Shown here: positions 26,085-38,214 of the stretch, piece after piece
Numbering within the stretch: position 1 is the first letter of the stretch
Layout: every line of letters begins with the position of its first letter
Origin: Eledone cirrhosa
Lineage: Eukaryota
NCBI GenBank assembly: GCA_964016885.1
Contig: OZ024760.1
Location: 9,858,001 to 9,922,000, forward strand
Direction: 5' to 3'
Length of the DNA stretch: 64,000 bases
The notes under the pieces: model-generated
The model's input: the letters and a program-made list of their open reading frames with translations, nothing else
What the model was told of the DNA's origin: nothing
Database searches by the model: none
Made by a program: the position numbers and the translations under genes

Positions 26085-27595
26085 CACTACCACTACTACT
26101 ACCACTACTACTATTACTACCACTACTACTACTACTACCACAACTACCACTACCACCACCACCATTATCACCACTATCACAATCACCACTACCATTATCA
26201 CCATCGCTATTACCACCTTCACCACCACCATCACTACCACCACTACATCAACACAAACACCATCACCACCACCACCACCACTACCACTACCACCACCACT
26301 ACCACTACCACCACCACTACCAACGACATCAACACAAACCCCATCACCACCACCACCAACGACATCAACACAAACACCACCAACTACATCAACACAAACC
26401 CCATCACCACCACCACCACCACCAACGACATCAACACAAACACCATCACCACCACCACCACCACCACCACTACCAACGACATCAACACAAACACCATCAC
26501 CACCACCACCACCACCACCACCAACGACATCAACACAAACACCATCATCACCACCACCACCACCACCACCAACGACATCAACACAAACCCCATCACCACC
26601 ACCACCACCACCACCAACGACATCAACACAAACACCATCACCACCACCACCACCACTACTACCAACGACATCAACACAAACACCATCACCACCACCACCA
26701 CCACCACTACCAACGACATCAACACAAACACCATCACCACCACCACCACTACCAACGACACCAACATCATCATCACCACCACCACCACCACCACCACCGA
26801 CATCAACACAAACACCACCACCACCACCACCACTACTACCAACGACATCAACACAAACACCATCACCACCACCACCACCACCACCAACGACATCAACACA
26901 AACACCATCACCACCACCACCACCACCACTACCAACGACATCAACACAAACACCATCACCACCACCACCACCACCACCACCGACATCAACACAAACACCA
27001 CCACCACCACCACCACCACCACTACCAACGACATCAACACAAACACCATCACCACCACCACCACCACCACCACCGACATCAACACAAACACCACCACAAC
27101 CACCACCACTACCAACGACATCAACACAAACACCATCATCACCACCACCACCACCACCACCAACGACATCAACACAAACACCATCATCACCACCACCACC
27201 ACTACTACCAACGACATCAACACAAACACCACCACCACCACCACTACTACCAACGACATCAACACAAACACCACCACCACCACCACCACTACTACCAACA
27301 ACATCAACACAAACACCATCACCATCACCACCACCACCACCACAACTACCAACGACATCAACACAAACACCATCACCATCACCACCACCACCACCACCAC
27401 TACCAACGACATCAACACAAACACCACCACCACCACCACCACCACTACCAACGACATCAACACAAACACCACCACCACCACTACCACCACCACCACTACC
27501 AACGACATCAACACAAACACCATCACCACCACCACCATCACCACCATCACTACCACCACCACCACCACCACTAACACCACCACCACTACCATTAC
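26085..27595. repeat. (CAC)n-based minisatellite with a recurring CAACGACATCAACACAAA core
   Basis: Read directly; source of the His-rich ORF. Confidence 0.95.
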
Positions 27596-28205
27596 CTAAA
27601 CTAACTAGATTTTACTAGCAGCGTAATAATAATAATAATAATAATAATTGTTTAATAATAATAGTAATAGATAACAGTCTACTTCAAGAAGGATCTATCT
27701 AAACAATTGTACCCCAGACCTTAAATAACGGCCATGAGATGTCGGCAGATGAAGTAAAGTTGGTTTTCACTCTGTCAAATGTTGACATAAGGAGCTCAGT
27801 TTGAGGAGTTGAAGAAGACGCTGCTTTAATGTCGGCTGCCGACGGCTTTACGCCGACGGCCATTTTGAAAACCAAAACCTGAATATGCAGACGACGCTAT
27901 CAAAATTTTAATTAGATTCCATCGATTCTAAAGAAGTTTGAAAATGTCAGTAAGCAGTGGAAAGTCTGCTAGAGTGCCTGCCTAGAGTGCCGTTCCAGTC
28001 GATCATTTATTTCTAGGAGTCAGTAATATCTGAATTATATCAGCAACAACAATAATTATGAGGTCGGGCATTCATAACCACACTGCTCTACTCAGCAACG
28101 CCGTCAACCATCGCTTTCCTCATCACAATTTTAGATGTTTTAATATGCAAATGTTCAAAATTATGTTTAATATTTAAGTACCATAACATAACGATACGGT
28201 TGTGT

Positions 28206-28243
<38 letters not shown>

Positions 28244-28459
28244 GTTCTAGCTGATGTACCCAGCTTCACTCGGATAAACATGATAAGAGAAGACAAATAG
28301 AAGAGAAAATGACTGTATTGTATGTTTGTCTGGTTTATGACAGGCTGAATGATTTCGGATGCAGAACCCAACGAAACTATTTATACTAAACTTGTCCTAT
28401 GGACTTAATGCTCTAACCCTTGGATATTTCTACCAAACTTTTACTACAATAGGGTCTGT

Positions 28460-28506
<47 letters not shown>

Positions 28507-28685
28507 CGGGTAAAATTCCCGAGATCCATGGACGAGTTCTCTCCAGCGGTCTCTGTCCCTCATTATCGCTGCCATGTCCTGCGTCTCCAACAGACCAGTG
28601 TCTGTCCTTAGGGCATCAACATACGTTAACCTTGGTCTTCCTCTTCTATATATATATATACCACAGACCCTCCATCTCAACTGTA

Positions 28686-28722
28686 CTTTTGAAAAGCAGA
28701 AGAACTGCGAAACCGGTAAAGG
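28686..28722 (+). ncRNA. Minimal hammerhead with a U3-A8 core variant
   Basis: CTT-TTGAAAA-GCAG aagaa CTGC-GAAA-CCGG-TA-AAG, with palindromic ACCGGT stem III and AATAAA just downstream. Confidence 0.65.
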
Positions 28723-28790
28723 AACCAAATAAATATATATATTTTTTTTTAAATAAGACTCCAGTTGCATTTTCGATTTCATCTTTTTTT

Positions 28791-28834
<44 letters not shown>

Positions 28835-28994
28835 CCCCGACAGCTGAGCTCAAGCCGTTTCGACGGCTAATTCAGAATTAGCCGTCGAAACGGCTTGAGC
28901 TCAGCTGTCGGGGCTATTACCCACTCTACTACCTCAAGTATTGAGTACTTTGGTGCGTTATGGTCCACCTGGTTCCTTACCACATTTCCTTCGT

Positions 28995-29026
<32 letters not shown>

Positions 29027-29030
29027 CAGT

Positions 29031-29245
29031 CGATCGACTTTTGTCAAATCGGACTGAGGAAACAATGTTTCCGTTGGTCTTTCCAATTGCTAATACTATC
29101 TATCGGTCGCAACTCCAGGTAGAAGGAGCAACGTGAAATAAAGTGTCTTGCTCAAGGACATAACGCATCGCCTGGTCCAGGAATCGAACTCACAACCTCA
29201 AGATTGTGAATCCAATTCTCTAACCACTCAGCCACACGCCTTCAC
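29031..29245 (-). mobile_element. SINE family B subfamily; inverted near-identical copy at 29994-30203 (+), fragment at 47154-47281 (-)
   Basis: GTGGCTGAGTGGTTAGAG head, GAGTTCGATTCC B-box and GTCCTTGAGCAAGACACTTTA core. Confidence 0.85.
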
Positions 29246-29306
29246 ATATATATATATATATATTAATTCAAAATATTAACAAAATAGATATTCTTGTGAT
29301 CAATTA

Positions 29307-29373
29307 TATTTTATTATACATATTTCAGAGGTACTGAGTTAAGTTCAACAGTACGTCCTCATCAGATAAAATA
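29307..29373 (-). ncRNA. Minimal type I hammerhead motif (C-C subtype) in element 29262-29510; near-identical copy at 57528-57594 (-)
   Basis: Minus strand: TATTTTAT-CTGATGA-GGAC GTACTG...CAGTAC CTCT-GAAA-TATGTA-TA-ATAAAATA. Confidence 0.75.
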
Positions 29374-29532
29374 AAATGATACATGACATACCCCCTGAAA
29401 TAGGAGATGGTTAAGATTCAATCAAGGAAAACATTTTCTCTTGACCGCTTCCAATCTATTGTAAAACTCATTCTTTGATGTATTCATTGAACCTTGTTTA
29501 ACTCTTAAATATATATATATATATATATATAT

Positions 29533-29766
29533 ATTGTTATATTTTGGGAGGGTCATGTTGCCAATAAGAAACACACGCACCAGTGGCTTTCACTTCAATT
29601 TATTATAATAAATTTATAAATTTAGGAATTTATAAATTTCCGGTTGGTTGGTTGGTTCCACAACCAGATGGTTTCTTATTGGCAACATGACCCTCCCAAA
29701 GTATAACAATATCGGTTTCAACACATGTTTTCAGATAAAGAATCTTACTAAACAAATTCAGAAACG

Positions 29767-29770
<4 letters not shown>
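29533..29770 (+). mobile_element. Foldback element family D (40-bp inverted repeat plus tail), related to 61648-61935
   Basis: ATTGTTATATTTTGGGAGGGTCATGTTGCCAATAAGAAAC is inverted at 29672-29711; the same arm starts the 61648 element, which carries an HHR. Confidence 0.6.
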
Positions 29771-29798
<28 letters not shown>

Positions 29799-29993
29799 TT
29801 ATTAAAATAACAGATTAAAGTTTAAGCAAAGAATCGCTGCTTTCACCCTTTGGATTTTAGTCTTCAAATTTATTATTATTTAGAAAGTAAACAACAATAT
29901 ATAACTATTCCATTACCAAAGGTTTCAGGACCCCAGACAATATTAACAAACGTCTAGTTCGCTCAGCAGATGAAAAGTTATAGTTATATATAA

Positions 29994-30203
29994 GAGTGTG
30001 GCTGAGTGGTTAGAGAATTGGATTCGCAATAGTAAGGTTGTGAGTTCGATTCCTGGACCAGGCGATGCGTTATTGTCCTTGAGCAAGACACTTTATTTCA
30101 CGTTGCTCCTTCTACCTGGAGTTGCGACCGATAGATAGTATTAGCAATTGGAAAGACCAACGGAAACATTGTTCCCTCGGTCCGATTTGACGAAAGTCGA
30201 TCG
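29994..30203 (+). mobile_element. SINE family B subfamily copy
   Basis: Reverse complement of 29031-29245. Confidence 0.85.
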
Positions 30204-30368
30204 TTCCTTTTTTTTTTTAATATATATATATATATCTGTATATATAAAAAACATGAGAAGAAAGAAGAATACTGCGTGGTTGCACATGGGTTACATATGA
30301 TAAAAATAGTCCTTCGTCAGTGATTTTCCAACCTTCATTGGTATTTCATCGCATTATGTATATATATA

Positions 30369-30558
30369 GGGGGTGGATTGGCAGTATCGGTAGAGGGTCG
30401 GACGCCATACTTTGACGTATAGAGTTACGGCCCTTGCCATTCTGAGTTCAAATCCCGCCGAGGTTAACTTTGCCTTTCATCCTTACGGGGTCGATAAAAT
30501 AAAGTACCAGTAATGCACTGGGTAATTGCTGGCCTTGTGCCTAAAGTAGAGACAATTA
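30369..30558 (+). mobile_element. SINE family A copy
   Basis: Matches 132-320. Confidence 0.85.
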
Positions 30559-30560
30559 TG

Positions 30561-30612
<52 letters not shown>

Positions 30613-30699
30613 TAAACAGAGAACAAAAAAAAACCAGAAAAACGAAGAGGCAGTACAAATGTAATTATTATTAGTTTCACGATTGAGAGTGGGGGGGGG

Positions 30700-30728
30700 G
30701 ACGTTTCGGGCATAAGCCCTTTATCAGG
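30700..30728 (-). ncRNA. Degenerate hammerhead motif (G8 to A, stem I lost)
   Basis: Minus strand: CTGATAA-A-GGGC ttat GCCC-GAAACGTC. Confidence 0.45.
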
Positions 30729-30772
30729 AGAAAAATGGGTAGGTAGAGATTTCCGAGGGTGTTGTGAAGAGT

Positions 30773-30830
<58 letters not shown>

Positions 30831-30884
30831 AACAGAAAAAATGAAACGAAATTTCATTTCCGACTCTTAGTACGGCTGTTACTT

Positions 30885-31738
30885 AAATATAAGTATGTAC
30901 ACGTACATACATATATGAATACAGACGTACAGTAGTATGTATATATATATACATACATGAACACATATATATATGTACGTATGGATTCACCGAACATTTA
31001 TTATAATGCTCGGTGTGTTTGTAAACAGACATCCCGTACGTACATATATATATATGTGTGCATGTATGTATATATATATATACATACTACTGTACATCTG
31101 TATACATATATGTATGTACGTGAACATACTTATATTTATATATATATATATATACATACATGCACACATATATATATGTACGTATGGATTCACCGAACAT
31201 TTATTATAATGCTTGGTGTGTTTGTAAACAGACATCCCGTACGTACATATATATATATGTGTGCATGTATGTATGTATATATATACATACTACTGTACGT
31301 CTGTATACATATATGTATGTACGTGAACATACTTATATTTATATATATATATATACATACATGCACACATATATATATGTACGTATGGATTCACCGAACA
31401 TTTATTATAATGCTCGGTGTGTTTGTAAACAGACATCCCGTACGTACATATATATATATGTGTGCATGTATGTATATATATATATACATACTACTGTACG
31501 TCTGTATACATATATGTATGTACGTGAACATACTTATATTTATATATATATATATATACATACATGCACACATATATATATGTACGTATGGATTCACCGA
31601 ACATTTATTATAATGCTCGGTGTGTTTGTAAACAGACATCCCGTACGTACATATATATATATGTGTGCATGTATGTATATATATATATATACATACTACT
31701 GTACGTCTGTATACATATATGTATGTACGTGTAGATAC

Positions 31739-31750
<12 letters not shown>
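30885..31750. repeat. ~202-bp tandem repeat x4 preceded by an inverted partial unit
   Basis: ATGGATTCACCGAAC at 30981, 31184, 31385 and 31588; 30885-30959 is the reverse complement of part of the unit. Confidence 0.9.
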
Positions 31751-31771
<21 letters not shown>

Positions 31772-32456
31772 CTCGTATATATAAACAGTTAAAGAGATAG
31801 GTATTTAGAGAAGCCGCCATTCATAATATTACTAACACGACGCCACTATATCTACATATCTGCTCTACAAGCCATTCTTCTCCGCTCTATTGTAAATACA
31901 ACACAACATACCATACATTCCACTTACCAGCTTCTGTTGAAATCAGTCGCAATTCCGGACGCCACCGACCGGAAATAGTTTTTAAGTAACGAGAAAATCA
32001 CTTCCTGTTGCAAAGGATTCTACGATCCAACACCCCCTCCCCCTCCAAATACATAGGTTGCCTTTCTCACTGTTGGGAGGTAACATAGACCAGCCCCCCC
32101 CCCCCCCATAAAATAAAACAAACAGAGGTTGGTTGGTTGGGGGAGGGGTTGTAGGGTGGCGTGCAAGGTAATGGGGGAATAAAAGGTGAGATGATTGGAC
32201 TGTGGAGTAGGAGGAAGGGGCGAAATTAGATTACCACAGGTGTGAAGTAACTTAACGTCTCCTCCCCCTCTTCCTCCTCACCGAACACCACCATCACCAC
32301 CGCAACTACAAGCCATATGCGAGTATATTTTAAATTCCTTTACTATTTCACTGCTATGCACTTTCTCTATCCATACCTCTGTCTATCTATCTAACTTCCC
32401 ACTTTGTATTTGTCCCCTTCTTTTGTGCCCCTGTGGCTAATAAAGAAACATATCTA

Positions 32457-32502
<46 letters not shown>

Positions 32503-32603
32503 AAAAAAAGAATGACCCCGACGGCAGAGCTCAATCCGTTTCGACGGCTATTTCTGGACTGGTGCGTTATGGTTCATCTGGTTCCTTACCACAATTCCTT
32601 TGT

Positions 32604-32656
<53 letters not shown>

Positions 32657-32676
32657 GCCTATCTATCTCGCATAGT

Positions 32677-35165
32677 ATAGACGCGTACAACATCGGCTCC
32701 TGCCTTTTTGAATTTTTACCTGTTGACAGTAAGTGTTTGTCTCTTTATTGTGTTGTCTTCGTGTCTTTCAACCACCCGACTAGGTCCGTAGACGGGTGGT
32801 CATCGTATTTTTACCCCTTTTGGGGGTAAAAACTACTCCAAAATATTTTTGCTGACTCACATGGTAAAAAATTGACGCCATGTCTGTAGCACGTGTGAAC
32901 GAAAACGCCACGCTCACTAAGGAAGAAGAGAGAAAGAAGCAAGCGGTACAAAGCGTTTTGCTTTCCCGCGTCAACGTTTTAAAAGACTTTGTAAAAGGCG
33001 ATATGCCGGACAAACATGTAAATACGGGTGCAAACCCAATTAATTACAACGAAAACACTAACAATGACAAAACCAACACGCCAAATGAGAAAGACAACAA
33101 CAACAAAAATGAAAATAACTCAAACTACGAGAAACAGAACAACTCAAACACCAACAACGAAAACAAAATATCTTTTGCGCAGACTGCTAAAATATCAGTC
33201 ACCTATGTGCTTGAGGATATAACAAATGCAAAAGAAATGTTTGAAAAAGCAAAAAAAATGTATCTTTTGGCGAAAATTGATCTTTTTCCATCAATTCGCT
33301 CCCAGAACTAAAAAAACAGACGGAATTACGAACTGTTGTATTCCGTACAACTGCCAACAAAACAAGAAAACCAGCACAACCATCTCGAGCTGAAATTCAG
33401 TTAGTCCTGAAAGAGGCTATGAAAGACATAATTTTCATACAAAAGGATAAACTCTATGGCAGTTTATCCATATTGATGAAAGACGAATTGGCGGCGAAAA
33501 AAATACTCTGTGTCGCCAATTCGTTCCACACATTACACCTTTTTTCCAACCTACATGGGTAAAAAAACCCAAAGAATTTGGATAACCACCATCACCCCAT
33601 ACATAAACTACTGGTGGTTACTAACCGGTTTCCTCAACTTGGACGAGGACAACCTTATATCAATAGGGAAGGCATCCGGCGACGCGTTCAGTGGAACGAG
33701 CATCGAAGTTCTGACCCAAATAAGGCCAGAACGTATCGCCCAAATCCCTGAACGCGTCATGCTGGATGACCGTACCCACCTCAACATTATTGCGGAGGGT
33801 AGGCGTCCCTCCTGTTACCTCTGTGGCAATAGAGGTCACCTGAGGGCTGCCTGTCCCCCAGCTCACACCGAAAAAACCATTGCTACCAACACCCCAACAA
33901 CATCAAAAACAACCACAACAACAACAAGAAAAACCAACAACAACACCACCACAACAACAACAAACACGTGAAAAAAACAACACAGAACGCTGTCCCACCC
34001 AACCCCTCCCCACCCAAAACAAATACAAAAACACACACACCGCAAACACTACCAGAAAATATACCCCTCCCACCCAACAAGGAAGACGAACCCCCTTCGT
34101 CGCAAAACGGAAAAGATCCCTTCCAAATGGTAAAAAGAAAGAAGAGGAGACGCACCACAGACACAGTTGTTAACATTAACCCTCCCCAAGAGAAAACAAA
34201 TTATATACAAACCACCCCTCCCCGTCACACAACACTAACTGCTACGCAAAAAAAGACTTTACAATATACATACATGAACACAAACAACAAAGAACTAATG
34301 AACACAATTTCGTCAAACCCTTCGGTCCAAACTGAAGGGCCTAACTTTCTAACTGCTGTGGGACTACCTCGTTTACAAATGATTAAAGTCCCAATTAACT
34401 TATACAAAACGTTGAAAATAAATTTCACGGAGGACGTGTCCCCCCCCCCCCCCCTGCATCAAGCCAATCAACTGCGTCCTCCTAAAAAAATTTCCCCACC
34501 CCTACCCAGACACCCACTCAACTACAAACACCCCAACCCCACAACACACTGATGCCCCTACACTTCCACAAACCACCACCCCACCCAACAACCCATCCCT
34601 CATGGAAATTGAGCGGCCCGCTCCCCGGAACGCAGAGAGGTAAGTGCCTTTTCTCCTTACCACCAACATGGCTGTGCTGAGAGTAGGGTGTCTAAATGCG
34701 CGTGGCCTGGGCTCACCTTGGAAGCAAGCAATGCTTTTAAATGACCTCAGGTCACGATCTATAAATGTGATGGTTATCTGCGAGGCCCGGATCAGCAGCG
34801 TGCGACAGCTAGCCCCCACCTTTGATGACTTTGAGATGCACGCATCTCTCTGTCAGCCCGGAGGTGGGGGTGGGGTTGTCGTTCTGCTGCAAAAACATCT
34901 GGGTCTCGCCACACAGATAGTTCACTTGGACCCAGGGGGTCGACTGGTGGTGCTGGACCTTGGCAGTGGTGAAGGTGGAGCCTTTAGGCTGGTAGCCGCA
35001 TATGCCCCTTTTGGGACAGAGCGGCCCGACTTCTTCCAGCGTCTGGAGTCTTTTCTAGGGACCTTGCTTTTAGTGGGGGACTGGAATGGTATCTTGGATG
35101 CACGTTGGGACTATGCAGGGGCATGTCCCGATAGAGAGGGGTGCAACAGCCTCAAGGGGTTACTC
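32677..35165 (+). mobile_element. L1/Tx1-type LINE 5' half: 5'UTR, frameshifted ORF1 with CCHC knuckle, and ORF2 APE endonuclease N-terminus
   Basis: ORF1 pieces at 32880-33311 and 33510-33971 (RRPSCYLCGNRGHLRAACP); ORF2 from ATG 34668: LRVGCLNARGL...VICEARI...GGGVVVLL...GRLVVLD...AYAP...LVGDWN; ends in a (GTG)n tract before the RT domain. Confidence 0.9.
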
Positions 35166-36160
35166 GGTGTGGTGGTGTGGTGTGGTGGTGTAGTGGTGTG
35201 GCGGTGTGGTGGTGTAGTGGTGTGTTGCTGTGGTGTGGTAGTGTAGTGGTGTAGTGCTGTAGTGGTGTGTTGCTGTAGTGGTGTGGTGGTGTGGTGGTGT
35301 AGTGGTGTGGCGTGTAGTGGTTTGTGGTGTGGTAGTGTAGTGGTGTGGTAGTGTAGTGGTGTAATGGTGTGGAGTTGTGGTGGTGTAGTGGTGTGGCGGT
35401 GTAACGGTGTATTGCTGTACTAGTGTGTTAAAATGATTGTTTGTGTGTAGAACTGTGTGTTTAGTAGTTTAAACAAGCCATTTGTGGAGCCTCCAGGATG
35501 AAAACCGATAAGGCGGCCATGTTGAAATCATCTGCACTTCCGGTCAATTTAATACATTATTTTTGGAAGGTGTTTAGGAGTCGGTTAATAATTTCTCTCT
35601 GTCAGCAAACTGTTTATCAGTGCCATGTCAGAACCTGAAGTGGTGATGGGGTGGGGAGTGGCTGGTGGTGTGGGGGAGCAGCTGATGGTCGGGGTGGACG
35701 GTGGGAGGTGGAGACCGTTTCTGTCATGATGGATGTGATGTTGGTGATAGTTGTGGTGGTGGTGAGTGTGGTGATAGTAGTGGTGATGGTGGTGTTAAGT
35801 GTGGTGGTGGTGCTGATAGTATTGGTTGTGGTTATGGTGGTGGTGGTGTTGGGGGTGGTGATAGTTGTGGTGGTGGTGATTGTGGGGGTATTGGTTGTGG
35901 TGCTGATAGTATTGGTGGTGGTTATGGTGGTGGTGGTGGTGGTTTAGGTGGTGATGTTGGTGTTGGTTGAGGTGCTGATAGTATTGGTGGTGGTTATGGT
36001 GGTGGTTGTGGTGGTTATGATGGTGGTGGTTTGGTTGAGGTGTTGATAGTATTGGTTGTGATGATAGTAGTTGTTGTGGTGGTGGAGGTGGTGTTGATTG
36101 TGGTGAAGGTGGTGGTGGTGGCTGTGGTAGTGGTGACTGTGGTGGTGGTGGTGGTGCTGG
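35166..36160. repeat. GT-rich low-complexity tracts flanking a unique island at about 35460-35640
   Basis: Read directly. Confidence 0.85.
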
Positions 36161-36385
36161 TTGTGTTTATAATTGAAGGGCAATGCTTAGTGAAGCTTCT
36201 TTCATGAAACTGATGATAGAAAAAGAAAGAAGTAGAGGGGTGTGTGTATATATATATATACATAAATATATATATATATATACACTAAATATATATATAT
36301 ATATTTATGTATATATATATATATACATAAATAAATATATATATATATTTATGTATATATATATATATATACATACATAGTATAT

Positions 36386-36418
<33 letters not shown>

Positions 36419-36454
36419 AAATATATATATATAGTATATATGTATATATAAATA

Positions 36455-36491
<37 letters not shown>

Positions 36492-36739
36492 TATATGTGT
36501 GTGTTTGTGTACATAGTATATACATAGATACATATATAGTTGCAAACACCTTTAGTGAACATTTCTTCCATAATACTTCTAAAGCTGATATAGTGTGCAG
36601 TAAGATAAAATACAGTAATATGGCCCCTAAACTGGAAAATTGCTCAAATATGCAGCCTATATAGACACAGGATTGTTGAATAAGAGATTATTGTTGTTGT
36701 TGTTACTGCTACTACTACTACTGTTATTATTTAAGGTGA

Positions 36740-37920
36740 AGCCACGCTTCTTATCGGCTCCAGGTTTTTTTCAACTTTGTACATTTATTTCGACCGTTGC
36801 TAAACCTTTTATTCAAGTTTTAAACTTGATAAGAGTTTAGAGCAAGTGACCCACTTAACACAGGGGGTCACTCGTAAATAATACGACACCCCTTTATGGG
36901 GTGTCGTATTCTGTAAAATTTCACTGGAATAAATGTTTGTTCAAACATGGCTACCACTAGAAAGAGAGAGAGAGAGAGAGAGCACTGTAAGACAATATAG
37001 AGAGGGGGGCAGACGTTAACAGTTCAACAAGACAGCGTTCTAGCAAAGGTAAATACAAAAGAAAATATTTTGAAAGAAAAGAAAAGCAATATCCTTTTTA
37101 ATGATATTGTTTCAGATTTTAGAAAGCTAACTAGTACTGACACAAACAACACCAACAATAACACCAACAGTAACACCAACAATAACACCAACAATAACAC
37201 CAACAACAACACCATCAATAACAAAAGCAACAATGAAAATAACAGCGATAAGGTCGAGAAAGACAATAACAATAACAATAACAACAACCACAACAACAAT
37301 AGCAGTAACAACGATCCCAGCACCAACAACAAAACCAGTAGCAGCAGTAGCGGCAACAACAATGGTGCCGCTGAAAAAGGGACCATTTCTTTAGCAGAGG
37401 TAGTCACGGAGGAGGCGATGGCAGTCGCAAGGGCCATGGTGACTAGAAAAGAAAATAGTCTCCTTGAAACCTCCACCAGAGTTTTTCAAAGGTCAACGGC
37501 TGCGTACGGTTGCATACCGCGCGATAAGCAAAAATCACATCGGGTGGAGAGGACCACGGTGGCTCAAATTCAAAAGGCCTTGGGGTGCGTGTGGGCACGC
37601 AAAACCCACAATACCCGAGGCAAAAGTATGCCACTGTGGACGTACTTTTTTCCACCCCTCAAGAGGCGATGTCTCATTATTTGGTAACCCTAAAGACCAA
37701 CACTCCCTAAACAGAAGTCGAAGCTTCCCTGAGGTAGATCAGAGACAACACAGAATACATAGACAGGGGCAGACAATATGGAACCATCTTGATACTGTTT
37801 AAGTCAGAAGCCCTCGCTATGAAACACTTAGTAACCCCTTGCAAAACCAGCAATTATGTACCCCTCTCACATGGGAAAAAGAACTGTTAAAGTCCGCATT
37901 CCCAGGATTCCACTAAACTT
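36740..37920 (+). mobile_element. Second, more decayed L1/Tx1-type 5' fragment (5'UTR plus partial ORF1)
   Basis: Same layout as the 32677 element: UTR hairpin ACGACACCCC-TTTAT-GGGGTGTCGT, SVLAKVN versus SVLLSRVN, an Asn-rich linker, and YPSHMGKRTVKVRI versus FPTYMGKKTQRIWI. Confidence 0.65.
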
Positions 37921-38190
37921 TGAGTACAGACCACCACATTTCACCATTAGTTTCCTTGTATACCTATCCACTCTATGAATGCAGTGTTATACCTGATAGT
38001 TGATAGCTAGCCATGCATTCATCGCCAACAATAAATTCCAAGCATTCCAGTTACTTTTCATCAACAAACTCATTTCAAATAAACATTCTTTTGTTTTTCT
38101 TTTCATTTCCTTGCACAACAAACTGTTAAGTTCCAGTACACACACACATATTGGTATCCTTCTGAATCTGGTTCAACAATGTCATCTGCT
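37915..38190 (-). mobile_element. R4/Dong-type non-LTR fragment (end of RT and thumb region)
   Basis: Minus-strand translation across frameshifts gives EPDSEGYQY..VLEL...EMK and LMKSNWNAWNLLLAMNAW...IRYNTAFIEW..DRYTRKLM. Confidence 0.6.
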
Positions 38191-38214
38191 GTTATTGAAT
38201 TCTCCCCTCTTGAA

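Noticed and set aside
26063-27574. 503-aa His-rich ORF resembling a metal-binding or structural protein
   Set aside because: It is a translation of a (CAC)n minisatellite, is also open on the other strand, has a non-ATG start and has no unique coding flank; only expression data could rescue it
28245-28450. Helitron/Helentron-like start CTAGCTGATGTACCCAGCTTCACTCGG
   Set aside because: Resemblance only; single copy, and no matching 3' terminus could be defined
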